A stretch of DNA of 62,889 bases, filler included, from Trichomonas gallinae (GCA_008369845.1; 8 parts of 8 records of this genome joined end to end with filler, not necessarily neighbours in it), one strand, 5' to 3'; shown: positions 20,601-31,297, counted from the first letter of the whole stretch. The notes: generated by a model not told the origin, from the sequence alone. Made by a program: numbers and translations.

Positions 20601-21487
20601 TGTCAATATATGACATTCAGCCTAAAACGTCAGCAACGTCTAATATCCAAAGTGCGCAAATCACGGACAACACTGTGATAGAGCACCAAAGGGATATATT
20701 CAGGAGAATCGTCAGACTGCGACAGATTTGCGATCAAGTTGAGCAAGAAATTTCTCTCGACAACAGCGTCGCCGCAAAGAAGCAGAACGCGGAGGATGCA
20801 AGAGAAAGGCTGATGCTGTCGAGAATCCACAACGACGAATTAGCAAGGAACAGAGCTGCAGAGACGATGGCGCGAAACAAAATCGAGAGAATGGAGCTCG
20901 AAGAAACAATCGCTGAACAGAAAGAAGCACTGGCTAAAGACAGAGCGAAGAAGATCAAAGCGCTCAAAGAAGAAAGAGAGAAAAAGATGAGAGCTATAAA
21001 AGAAGCGAGAGAATTCGGAAATGCTTTTATTTCAGCTTCAAGAGTTGCAGCGAGAATCACGGAAGTTGCAAAGAAGCAGAAGCAGTCGCAAAGCGCGCTT
21101 GCTGCTGCACGCGGAAATGTTTCAGAGCTGCACGCAACTGCTGTTCAAACAAGAGAAAACGCTAAATCAAAACTGCAAGACTTGGAAGATTCAAGGAGGA
21201 GAATGGCGGCGCTCGACAGAGTCCTTCTTGAGCAGAGGCAGGAGAAAAGGCGTGCATGGGTTGAGGCACGTCTGCAGAAGGTTGCTGATATTAGAAGACA
21301 AGACAGAGAGAAGGCAATCACGCAGCAGCTTCAGCCACCAAAAGAATATATTTACATCGAGCCCGCTAAACAAGAGAGAATTGATCCAATCGAAGAAGCA
21401 TTCGACGTCATTTGCAATGAAGTCGGATGCAATGTTGGCTTTGAAGAAGGCCACATGCTTGCTGAAATGCTTATGGATATTTTATAA
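17636..21487 (+). CDS. LRR + IQ-motif + coiled-coil protein (LRRIQ-like, probably flagellar or basal body)
   Basis: SDS22-type LRRs (LQKIDLSANRISTL, LKSLDLSDNNISEL), several IQ motifs (IQSVFRG, IQRCF, IQSLWRR, IQSAFR, IQSSWMG), Ser-rich linker and C-terminal coiled coil. Confidence 0.8.
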   Translation: MADGVLTEEALYEAADTVPDSLPPEKLKYAGFSVMQFSDFKILTKCTGMIIIAFRSCGVEKVPTEFFQLTSLQKIDLSANRISTLPGPELWAKLVNLKSLDLSDNNISELEEPMKLTSLVSIRQINLTGNICLSIQDSFAKLCKAFPTLSILNDMIITSQYRAYLDNLAIYDNSSTLPLSKTDDFFFHYVKYMHVSSNERYIRKFNTEFFCLNRVLRKYSAAVHIQSVFRGQKQFREYKRMRDAALRIQIKVKYWYKRRFLAAVRIQRCFLYFSTRQQIKFNRAVRFIQSLWRRRESRREAMLDVFDCDGVFEFYVFPEGLENLKKFIDEHHFHMPDIIEDSNYEVIKYHPHSQCSLPGSPLVYFWVNDTLIVRNKIPHEISPNYTIWCSHDHTNFQNFQRATPQGINWSLKCPFMAIKPIRYNPRIKYVPKKDYPVLIKIVYKDKSQFAPLVRKLFGVMPRNLVLFPKKTLIWVSSQITIQSAFRMLIERSRYFKDIKITAIESRAKNAIRYWLKTIKLNKSVQYLARMHKYYESLPETTAFYIPNNLYLKMPNVPVLHPVEFGFTAEKTVALEVKTQNLLSLVIPTDRIVFGLNDPMALVKFGTTDVKASLTNFTDKINPKWIKRAHLHRISFPTADEARRRVLLFAWITGKTNMILSERGVLEYCAATSIQSSWMGLGTRRTLKYLGVQADLFIKMSRNRNHQPKKLYYANEHPEDQHRQIKRAPLEAEEAIARLRGDYRPTQKALEAFKEKKKAESEAKPKIEQKSPKKDDINIEDALPKATIIVPMQQNSARSEKSMKSSGRSTQSALVKSIIRPTEEDLKRRAESRIVPLGTVQFVGVSQGNVNPYVRDPLFETASPKSRQQTPLTPLSPADSSYSYDIAKPNTPASSRNEPSKPDIIETAADFAMSQKRSSSHEQLMKNSILTSSSQSLNEDNVPQSASSMNSTAERQSSIQKDSTGGPSRSTTIDMLDLPAQMTNRTTSRLSIYDIQPKTSATSNIQSAQITDNTVIEHQRDIFRRIVRLRQICDQVEQEISLDNSVAAKKQNAEDARERLMLSRIHNDELARNRAAETMARNKIERMELEETIAEQKEALAKDRAKKIKALKEEREKKMRAIKEAREFGNAFISASRVAARITEVAKKQKQSQSALAAARGNVSELHATAVQTRENAKSKLQDLEDSRRRMAALDRVLLEQRQEKRRAWVEARLQKVADIRRQDREKAITQQLQPPKEYIYIEPAKQERIDPIEEAFDVICNEVGCNVGFEEGHMLAEMLMDIL

Positions 21488-22100
21488 ATAAACTTTGTTA
21501 TTTTTATTTTTGTTATAAAAAATTTCTTCATTTTTCTATAATTCAATATCAAACATTGACAATCTAATAATAATATATCTTAACACACAAATACTATGTA
21601 TATAATTAAACATGCTGTAAAGTCGTTGCAAAAGAATCTTTGTATGAGATTTTCTCAATGGAATCTTAGTGCATAATGAAAAGTGTTTTTATCACAATAG
21701 AATTCATATATTCATATTAAAACCAATGCGTATTTTGAACTCTATTGCTTTTTTTTGTTTGATATATAATCTAAATTCATCATAACTCATTGTATAAAGA
21801 AAAATATCATCTATAAGCGACAAGAAGTTATAACATCTAATATAAGACATTATGATAATTCTTTGATATATTTCTAACAATGTTTAATTTTGTAGCCAAA
21901 GGAATTCATCGTTAAATACTATTGATGCAGTATAAAACATATTTAACTTTTAGGCCCCAGTTTCTAACAATATTGTTGAACATTAAAATTCTTAACGCTA
22001 ATGAATAGAAATGAATTCTGTTTTCATCAATAGAATAAGAATAGATTGAAAATTTCGGGTGGATTAAACAATATACTAAAGTTTTATGATGATCGAATAA

Positions 22101-23177
22101 TTAAAAATTCGATGCGGTGCTAACAATATCAGGCATTGCTAAAGCATGGCCTTCAAGGATCTCTTTGACTGCGCTAGATAAGAATTCATTGGTTTCTGAT
22201 CTATCTAAAAGATAAATCGCTGCTAGAACGTTATTCCAGTCAAGACAGTTCGAGGAACTGAGGTAGCACATCTTGCTCTGCAATAACCAGTCCATGATGT
22301 CGTTCTGTCTGTATTCGACAGCAGCTTCGAATCCAGATATCATTATTCTGGAGCAAATCCTTACTATTTCATGATTTCCTCCTGCTATGGCACAGTGCAT
22401 AACGCTCTCGGTGATTTCAGCGTTAGAATTAAATAAATATTTGAAAATTTTGATTGCGCCGAAAATTGCTGCGAAAGCGACATATGTCGTGACTCTTGGG
22501 ACTCTGAAGGGCTCAAGTGGTGAGGCTTCGATGTAACCTTTCGAGTAATAATCGGGGTTCGCTGTGATATCAACAAAAGCATCAACATCATCGAGTTTGA
22601 TAGCCGCAGCAATGGAACCGGGCATCCATCCGATCTCTCTGTATTGCTTCAATTGTGACCATTCGTTTGCCTTAAATTCATCTAAGTGTTTCAAGACTTT
22701 CCTCACCCAACATGGTCTCCTCATGCCTGCGAGATCAAGAATACCAAATTCTGGGGCAAAATAAACCGCAAAATCGGCTCTTTTTTGAGAGTTAATTAAC
22801 TCAATTATTTCACCTTTATCAAAAACTTCATTTTGATATAATTTAAGTAATAAGTAGAAGGAAGACTCGCGGAATATTCGTAGTAACAATCTAGAACGAA
22901 GATTTTCATTAAAGTAGAATTCTGAAAATAGGTTTTTGCATAGGCGAACAATCAAATCTATCTTGTTGTGTCTGATCTGTGTCAACAGTACAATTTCTTC
23001 TGCGAGTTTATCCATGATTTGGGGCGTCCTATAAATGTCATTGTTTAGTAAAATCATGGAAAACTTATCAATGCATTGCTCATGCTGTAGCTTTATAAGT
23101 GTATTCTGAATGAAAACTGTTGGCTGTAGTGACTCGGGAACTGGAACTTCTTCAAGACACGAAATATCGCTAAACAT
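22101..23177 (-). CDS. DUF3447/ankyrin-associated protein
   Basis: AIKLDDVDAF, FAAIFGAIKIFKYLF, CAIAGGNHEIVRIC and AVEYRQNDIMDWL. Confidence 0.85.
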   Translation of the reverse strand: MFSDISCLEEVPVPESLQPTVFIQNTLIKLQHEQCIDKFSMILLNNDIYRTPQIMDKLAEEIVLLTQIRHNKIDLIVRLCKNLFSEFYFNENLRSRLLLRIFRESSFYLLLKLYQNEVFDKGEIIELINSQKRADFAVYFAPEFGILDLAGMRRPCWVRKVLKHLDEFKANEWSQLKQYREIGWMPGSIAAAIKLDDVDAFVDITANPDYYSKGYIEASPLEPFRVPRVTTYVAFAAIFGAIKIFKYLFNSNAEITESVMHCAIAGGNHEIVRICSRIMISGFEAAVEYRQNDIMDWLLQSKMCYLSSSNCLDWNNVLAAIYLLDRSETNEFLSSAVKEILEGHALAMPDIVSTASNF

Positions 23178-24349
23178 GATAATCTGAATAAAACTGACAT
23201 CATCGTTTTGAATTCAATTTTTTATTGGCAAAACATATATATTAACGATTCTATACATAATTTTAATAAAATAATTTTCTATTAGTTTTCAATAATTATA
23301 ATGTTTACAAATGTCATGTTTTTGAATTGGTATCAATTTTGAATGTGAAGAAATTTCGCATTGTTTAACTTTGAGAAGAATTTTTCATCAATTATTTTGA
23401 TTGTATGCCATTATTTACATATATTTCAACAATAAAAATAGGTTTGTTGAAAGACAATTGATATATTCATTCTATATACTATAGGCATCATATTCCCACA
23501 ATAAAAAAAGTTATCTGAAATTGATTAAAAATAAACGAACATTTGACAAATTGGAGAAATATTCATAAATTATGGAAGAATACAATTAGTTCTATATTAT
23601 TTCCACATAAAATCATGTTATTATAAAATCAAAGTCATTTTCTGAAATTTGCTTAAATCGAATAAAAATATGTTATTTATTATATAACTTTGTTTCATTG
23701 AATTATTTTTGTGACTAAATTCAATTTTATTATGCCAACTCATTTAGCTTTTATAATGCAGAGTGTTACCAATAATTTATAAATTTTGCATAAAATCAGT
23801 CTCTTATTCTAAGAAAATGAAATCGATTTCAGAAATCTGCTCAGAATCAGCTTCAAATCCATGAACTATGCTTATATACAAATAACTAAAGCGTATACCC
23901 AATAAAAACGATTGTTCAATAATTATGGCCTATTTCTTATCAAATTTGTATGTCACGAGTCCATAATTAATAATGATATGAAACTATGTTTGGTCAATTT
24001 AATTCATGCCCATATTTTAACAATAGCATCCTTATAGTATATCAACTCTATTTCATGGATCAAAATAGCATAATCCTACTTACTGATATTGTCAAATTTC
24101 GATCACTTTACATTGTGAATTGTCAAATCTTTTGTTCTAAGATATTATAAGTCAAACTATCTCATATCTCTCTTTACAATCAATATTGACGTGCCAAAAT
24201 ATCATTTTTGGGCATTATCACATTTCAATCATAATGAGAGAGTTGATAAATCTGTTCCATAAATACTGTTTATATATACTAATCCAAAAATAGAGAATAA
24301 TAACATGGATACAACATTTATTATCATATAAACAAAACAACAAATAATA

Positions 24350-25732
24350 TTATTCTTCAGGGAAATAAGTTTGAAAAATTTTTGTAGCTATTGCAACAGT
24401 TTCGGGATTATTAGAGTCCAGCTCAGCAGTGAATACATCATGTGCAACATCAGAATCTATCAATGATGTCATCGAGTCATCAAAGCATAACAAAAAATCA
24501 ATAGTCTTCATGAACAAGTGATCAAAGCTTTCATCTCTTGTGTTACCACATATATCGAAGCAGTTGTTGATTGCGTCAGTGAAGAAAAACTTGGAGAAGA
24601 CTCTTTCTCTCGCTGTTAATATCGAATTCATGAACAAAAAAGCCGAGATTTCAGTTTCTTCGCTAGAAAACTCGTCCGAATGCGAAAATATCTCTTCAAG
24701 TAACTCACTGTCTGCGATAGCAAAGCTGATCTTCTGTATTGCGCATAAATTCGAAATTAGAAATAAACATCGTGATCTCGGACAATATGGATGCCAAAAC
24801 GTCCTTGTTAGTACATCAATCAAGTCTTCATATACAGGCATAGACAAAAATTGATCAGGGAACTTTGTAAGGATAATATTCCATAATTTAATTAATGATC
24901 CGAACAAAATTCCTTTAGAATCTATTTCAGCCCATGATTTCGTTAAATAAACGATTTTATCGTAAATCTTATCAGCCAGAATCTCATGTAAGTCTCCGTT
25001 AAATAGCTTTAATATCTCTGATAACATATCAATAATTGGAGCAAAATCAGAGTCATCAATTATATCTTCAGATGATAAAAAGAAGGTAACAACTGCTAAT
25101 GGCTCCGTTACGATTGATTTGAAATCTTCATATAATTCTGAATTTAAATGACCGAGAATTCTGTATATTATGTAGCATACTATGAGCCTACCAGTAGGTG
25201 GCATAATTTCTATAAGTTTTGTAAGCACATGAACAATATTAACTTCTTTTTGAAGAACATCTGCGGCAATAAAAGGAAATTTTGTTATCATTCCATCAAT
25301 AAGCTCAGCTACTAATGGAAATAAACGAGGTGCTCGTATTAATTTGTAATAAAAACCAATATTTTCACACATAAATCTTAATAAATTGTTTGAATTTCGA
25401 CAAAGAAAATTTGTAATGCGAAGAGTTAATTCTGCAATTGGCGTAGATGGAACTTGTAAAAGTTTTAGTATCTTTTCTGGAATTGAAAAATTCGATAAAA
25501 TGGGATCAATTGATGAGGATTTAAGACACATAGATGTCCAGTCTAGTCTGAAGAGAATTGTAATATCTGAATCGTTTTCATCAAATTCGCTTAATATTGA
25601 TTCGAATTTATATAGAATCTGTGATTTGTTATTTTCATCCATTTCCTGGATTACCATAGAATGGCCACGCTTCTCATCATCATCTTCCTGCTCTTCATTC
25701 ACCTGCGAATCATTTTCTTCCTTGAAATTCAT
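24350..25732 (-). CDS. Hypothetical ARM/HEAT-like protein
   Basis: 460-aa ATG ORF with an acidic N-terminus and helical repeats, ending NNPETVAIATKIFQTYFP like importin-alpha C-termini. Confidence 0.6.
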   Translation of the reverse strand: MNFKEENDSQVNEEQEDDDEKRGHSMVIQEMDENNKSQILYKFESILSEFDENDSDITILFRLDWTSMCLKSSSIDPILSNFSIPEKILKLLQVPSTPIAELTLRITNFLCRNSNNLLRFMCENIGFYYKLIRAPRLFPLVAELIDGMITKFPFIAADVLQKEVNIVHVLTKLIEIMPPTGRLIVCYIIYRILGHLNSELYEDFKSIVTEPLAVVTFFLSSEDIIDDSDFAPIIDMLSEILKLFNGDLHEILADKIYDKIVYLTKSWAEIDSKGILFGSLIKLWNIILTKFPDQFLSMPVYEDLIDVLTRTFWHPYCPRSRCLFLISNLCAIQKISFAIADSELLEEIFSHSDEFSSEETEISAFLFMNSILTARERVFSKFFFTDAINNCFDICGNTRDESFDHLFMKTIDFLLCFDDSMTSLIDSDVAHDVFTAELDSNNPETVAIATKIFQTYFPEE

Positions 25733-26228
25733 AAATTTAATTTTGTTGGCCGGCCAATTAAGTTCTCAAATTTAATCACAAAAAATTTAGCTTTTTTTCA
25801 TTTATTATTCCCTAATTTCTGGCCTAGTGACATGAAATAATACATTTTATGCATTAATATACTTATGGTCATGTAAGCAAAGCCTTACTACATTTAAATT
25901 TCTATAATGTTTTTAGATGAATCTACTTTAAGCATGATTAATCAATCAAGTTCTGCAGCATGAAGTATATAATTAAATAACATGAACAGTAAATATAACA
26001 TGTTTCATTAATTAAACGCACACAAGTCCCAAACATTTCCGTGTTTTTCTCTTCCTGATCAAAAAATGGTGTTTAACATCATTGAAATAGAAATATAAAT
26101 ATAGGAATAGCTATATATTCGTAAATATGATGTATTAGTGCGCTTTGAAATATATTCTAATTTTTATTTCATATGGGATAATCATATTCTAATTGAATTA
26201 TTAGACTTATATATCTATATTATAGTGG

Positions 26229-28103
26229 ATGAACAATAACCAATGTCATAAAATGATATGGCTGCTGACAGTAGTTTCGCAAATTATATTTGGATCGATT
26301 GCGGGTCTATTTATCGCACCAATTGATTCAGATATAGTTATCGTAGTAGGTTTCGGAATTCCTGTTGGCATAAGCGTTTCAACATTTATGTATTTTATTT
26401 TTTCGATGTTTTTCGGTCAAAATCTGTTCAATTTGTTTGTAAATGCAGGTATCCTTGGTGCACTTGCATTCATTTTGTTCTTTGCTCTTCAAAGAAATCG
26501 AATAACAAATTTAATTCGTCGAACAAAAATGAGCAGTATAATATACGCGATGGTTTACTTCATTATACCATTTTTCACATTTGCAATGATATATTTTCCA
26601 GTAAATAACAAATTACCAAACCGAATTCGCACAAAATTACACGAAGATGCCGCAATTTTAGCATCATTTGCAAATGGATGTAACTCAGGCTTCATAAATC
26701 CATTTTCTCTCAAGAATCCTTTATATTTTGGATTAAAACTTACTGAAAAATGGCTTCCAGGTTTTCATTCAGCCATGCTACTATCTGGCTATGCAACTAC
26801 ATCAATTTCATTATTCGTGCCATCGTCATTACTGTTTTTCTCTTTTGCAATTATTATGAAATATTTCGGATTAAGATTAAAAATACCAGAATTGGCATTA
26901 ATTACAGCACCAATTGTAGCTTACTCGCTTGCAGGCTATGAATTTTTCGATTTTGAAAGTCGTGCAAATTTAAAGAAAGAAAACGTAGATTTCGTTGAAA
27001 CAACGCCATCATCAACAACAAATTACTTACATCCTCATTTGCACATACTTATAAGTTCTAGATCAGCTTTATACGTTTCAACATTTACAATTTTGATGAC
27101 AACTGTTCTTTTATCGAAAGTTTCTAAGATTTCTCAGTGTGCTTTCTTCATTTGCGGCGGCTTCGTATTATCATCGACATATCAAGCCTGCTATTTCATG
27201 TTCTTGCTGATTCTGGTTTTGATTTTCATAAGAAACCCGAAAAATTTCCCTGTTGTTCCGTTTTTGTTTTATCTCGCTGGAGCAGCAGTAAACATTTCTC
27301 GCATTTCAGTGTATTCATACTCTAAGCCATTGTGGATACTCGACGTCATCGCTGGGAAAACATTTTCATCTGTCACGTTCTGGTACAGGACTCTTGGCGT
27401 TTTCGTTCCGTTCGCTGTAGCTGGCGTTTTAATGCTGCATAAAAACGAAACAAAAATCGGCATCGCTTATGCTATAGTTTTCATTTTGTCAATTAACAGA
27501 ACTTTCTACGAAGAGATTCGTGCCAACTTCAGCCCATATTATGCATTCTTCATGCCGTTTGGCTACATGTTGTTTTTAGTTTTCTTCCACAGATTTTCGC
27601 TCAATTTCAATGAAGAAGAAAGTCGCGGAATTGTCGACGCTATAGGATCCGTTATTATCTTCATTGGATGCTGCTCAGCATTCGGTGGAACTCATAAGAT
27701 GATGAAGAGCATGGAGACAGTTTATACGTCAGATGATTTTAAGCTTGGCAAATGGATCATCAAGAATACAAAAATGAGTGATGTCATTTTGATACCGAAT
27801 GAGTTATTCGATCCAGTGTCAACAATTGCTGGACGACAAACAGTGAGGAGTGATATAGAAGGACTCAAGATCTTCGGTATTAAAGGTACTTACGTGAATG
27901 AAACAAAATCGTTCATGGAATGTAACAATACTGGTCAGTTTATAGATGTTGTTGTTGTTAAAAAGTCAGATCCTGCAAGAAATTCATGCAACTTCCCTGA
28001 TGAATCACAGTGGACAGAAGCTTTCTTTACAAACGATGTAATTGTTTATATAGTTAGAAGAAAAAATGGCAAACGCGGGAAAAATAGGCAAACGCTACCT
28101 TAG
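26229..28103 (+). CDS. Multi-pass membrane protein, probable GT-C-fold glycosyltransferase-like
   Basis: More than 10 hydrophobic segments, a lumenal loop ASFANGCN..NPLYFG..WLPGFHSA and a soluble C-terminal domain WIIKNTKMSDVIL..PVSTIAGRQ. Alternative start at 26253. Confidence 0.6.
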   Translation: MNNNQCHKMIWLLTVVSQIIFGSIAGLFIAPIDSDIVIVVGFGIPVGISVSTFMYFIFSMFFGQNLFNLFVNAGILGALAFILFFALQRNRITNLIRRTKMSSIIYAMVYFIIPFFTFAMIYFPVNNKLPNRIRTKLHEDAAILASFANGCNSGFINPFSLKNPLYFGLKLTEKWLPGFHSAMLLSGYATTSISLFVPSSLLFFSFAIIMKYFGLRLKIPELALITAPIVAYSLAGYEFFDFESRANLKKENVDFVETTPSSTTNYLHPHLHILISSRSALYVSTFTILMTTVLLSKVSKISQCAFFICGGFVLSSTYQACYFMFLLILVLIFIRNPKNFPVVPFLFYLAGAAVNISRISVYSYSKPLWILDVIAGKTFSSVTFWYRTLGVFVPFAVAGVLMLHKNETKIGIAYAIVFILSINRTFYEEIRANFSPYYAFFMPFGYMLFLVFFHRFSLNFNEEESRGIVDAIGSVIIFIGCCSAFGGTHKMMKSMETVYTSDDFKLGKWIIKNTKMSDVILIPNELFDPVSTIAGRQTVRSDIEGLKIFGIKGTYVNETKSFMECNNTGQFIDVVVVKKSDPARNSCNFPDESQWTEAFFTNDVIVYIVRRKNGKRGKNRQTLP

Positions 28104-28135
28104 AAGCATAATAGAGCCCCCAAACTCAACATGTT

Positions 28136-28235
28136 NNNNNNNNNNNNNNNNNNNNNNNNNNNNNNNNNNNNNNNNNNNNTTAATTAATTAANNNNNNNNN
28201 NNNNNNNNNNNNNNNNNNNNNNNNNNNNNNNNNNN
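28136..28235. other. Artificial contig spacer
   Basis: N44-TTAATTAATTAA-N44. Confidence 0.98.
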
Positions 28236-29421
28236 AAACTTCAACAAGTTTATTTTCCATCAAGTCTACGAACCATTGGTGATTTTGCATTTTACAACTG
28301 CACAAATCTTTTAGGGCCAATCGACATTCACCATATAGAAAACTTAGGTTCTAATGTTTTCAGAAATTGCACAAAGCTTTCTGGTTCAGTCGATCTTCGA
28401 AGAATTGCATCAATTAAAGCAAATACATTTATGCATTGCACAAATTTAAGAGGTCCTGTTCATTTAAATAATATAGCGGCTAATTCTTCTTATCTTTTTG
28501 GTTACTGCACAAATTTAATCGGTCCTGTTCATTTATATGATGTAACAAGCATTGGTATTAGCGCCTTTCATACATGTATCAACTTAAATAAATTTGATCT
28601 GAGTTTTATCACATATATTGGTGATTATGCTTTCACAAACTGTAAAAATATTAGCGGCAAGGTTAATTTAAGTAAAGTTATATATTTAGGCTCTTTTGCT
28701 TTCAATGGCTGCCGCAATATTGAAAGCTTTGTTGGTTTTAATTGTGAGATGTCTGTTCCTGATGGTGCCTTTCAGTATAATTTTGCGCTTATAACTATTA
28801 GTGATCTCACAATAGTTTCATCTATTGGTATTACAGCATTCACTGGCTGTCGAAATCTTATTGGTCCAATTAAAATCAAAAATATTACATCGATAGGAAT
28901 TGGAGCTTTTGACAACTGCGTGAGTTTAATAGGAATTATAGATCTGATAAATGTTACAACAATTAGTCGCAGGGCTTTTTATGGGTGTCAAAAATTAAAA
29001 TTCGTAAATTTAGATGATATAGAGATTATTGAAGATTCTGGATTTTATGAGTGCCAAAATTTATCAACTCAAATAAACCTAACCAAAATAAAATCCATAG
29101 GAACATATGCTTTTGGCCGATGTATTAACCTAGATACGATTGGGATTAGCTCGAGCAATTTAGAATCTATAGATGCCAGCGCGTTTTCGTTTTGTATATT
29201 TACGGAATTTGTTTTCCCGCCAAATTTAGTGACAATAGGGAGCAAAGCTTTTTATTTTTGCAAATATTTAGTTTCACTCAATCTCCCTGAAAGTCTTAAA
29301 TCAATAGATGGTTCTGCATTTATGAAATGCAGTGCACTATCAAATATATATTTTCCTTCCAATCTTGAGAAGATCGAAGACTCAGCATTTTATGGCTGTA
29401 AATCATTAGTCTCAATTAATT
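28236..29421 (+). CDS. BspA-like (TpLRR/LRR_5) surface antigen, internal fragment
   Basis: The frame is open across the whole contig (KLQQVYFPSSLRTIGDFAFYNCTNL...), with repeated IGxxAFxxCxxL units. Both ends are cut by spacers. Confidence 0.93.
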
Positions 29422-29521
29422 NNNNNNNNNNNNNNNNNNNNNNNNNNNNNNNNNNNNNNNNNNNNTTAATTAATTAANNNNNNNNNNNNNNNNNNNNNNN
29501 NNNNNNNNNNNNNNNNNNNNN
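29422..29521. other. Artificial contig spacer
   Basis: N44-TTAATTAATTAA-N44. Confidence 0.98.
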
Positions 29522-30896
29522 TATATCATGAATAAAAGATGCTTAAAATGATCCAAAATTGAAGGTCCAAGAATAAAAATATACAGCCACTTTTTGAGCT
29601 TACACATGGTTTGTTTCTTTTCCATTCGAGATCAGAGCGTCACTTATCCAATACTCTCAATTTCATATAATAGGCGAAGTTCTTTCGAGGAACTATCTTA
29701 ATGGTAGAACCTGTAGGCCATATAGAGTTCACCGTTTCAATATGGAGTTTCATTGATATCACTTTTCAGTGAACACACTACTATAATTACCTAAAACAGA
29801 AAGAAACACTGAAAATTATGCAATCTCCATATCATCTTGCAAATAATGAAACTAAAAAAATTTTTTTTTTCTAACATCAGAGATCTAAAGTCAGCAGAAT
29901 TTGATATATGATAAAGAATATGGCTACATATGTTATAAACAAATAAGATATGCAAATATAAGCACTGAACAACTTTAAATATTTATACATTCAAAATTTT
30001 CAACATTCAATTTTTAAAAATTACAGACCAAGCGGCAAAAGAAACAAAGAACAAAAAATATGAATTTTGGTCGGGAAAGATTTTTCTTTTGAGAATAAAT
30101 GAAATAATTGAATACTTATCAATTATGAAATATATTATAATACCATATTGAAATCAAATTATCAATTTTATAGTCTGAAAAAAAAATTATTGTATAGATT
30201 TTTTGTATTAACGCGGATGTAGTACGTACAGCTTCAGATAAATAAAATACAAAATAGTTATGGGTATGATTTTATTTTTTTGCAAAATTGAGGATAAATA
30301 ATTCGAAATAGATTCATGTTGTCAAAAGAAAAAATAGTCGTACAATTAAAATATTTAATTTTTATTGAGAGTAGATATGAACGTTAGATACTGAATTTCT
30401 ATCTCAATACATATGCTTAAAATATATAAAAAATTTATATTTATTTTACTCCAGTTCGCTACAAAGTTTGTATTTTGATGATAAATTAACTCTAGGATGT
30501 TGAACTTGTAGTTATCCCAGCGATTGGCCTAAATTCTCTATGAAATATTTTTCAATACACAAATTGAGAAGGAGTTTATGGCAATTTTTCTATCAAACAG
30601 ATCTTCTTTCTTAACAATATTCTGTCACTTTTATTCTCCTTCCCATTTTTGGACTCTTTACATGGTGTATAATAGGGATTATCGACAAAATATTTATACT
30701 GTACAAAAAATCATATCAAAATTGTTTGAATCATATATTTGCCGACCAATTAACTAATTATATTGTTTCCTTCTTCTTTTACAGTTTTTATTTAAGATTT
30801 TAAATTTATCCATTATGAAAAGTGAAGTAATACAATGTGCGTGTTTCTTGTCCGCTACGCGTACAAGAACCCCGACACATTGTTGAATAAGCGGAC

Positions 30897-30996
30897 NNNN
30901 NNNNNNNNNNNNNNNNNNNNNNNNNNNNNNNNNNNNNNNNTTAATTAATTAANNNNNNNNNNNNNNNNNNNNNNNNNNNNNNNNNNNNNNNNNNNN
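30897..30996. other. Artificial contig spacer
   Basis: N44-TTAATTAATTAA-N44. Confidence 0.98.
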
Positions 30997-31297
30997 CTTA
31001 CCACCATCTAACTAATAATCGTTTTCCCCTCAAATTATTTGGGGGGACTGCAAACTGTGGCAAAACTGGGTATATCTATTATTAGTGTTTATTTTGCTGT
31101 TTTTATTGGAAAATAAATTTTATTGTTGATTTTATTGCATAATTATTTATTATGTATTATATTGATGCTAAATTTTATAAATTTGTGAATTTTATATTTT
31201 TTGATAAAAATGTTAGAATAATGATTGCCAAAGTATGTAGATATATTTATTTAAAATCAAAAAATAATAAACGTGCACTAAGATTTAGATTTGAAAA

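Noticed and set aside
21580..21592. TAACACACAA resembling the trichomonad intron 3' motif ACTAACACACAG
   Set aside because: It mismatches at the branch site, lacks the AG, is intergenic and has no matching 5' splice site. No introns were identified in the window.
29522..30830. Coding or transposase content in contig 4
   Set aside because: There is no ORF of 60 aa or more and no recognisable peptide. A possible GAGAGT-starting terminus near 29658 (minus) is too weak to call.
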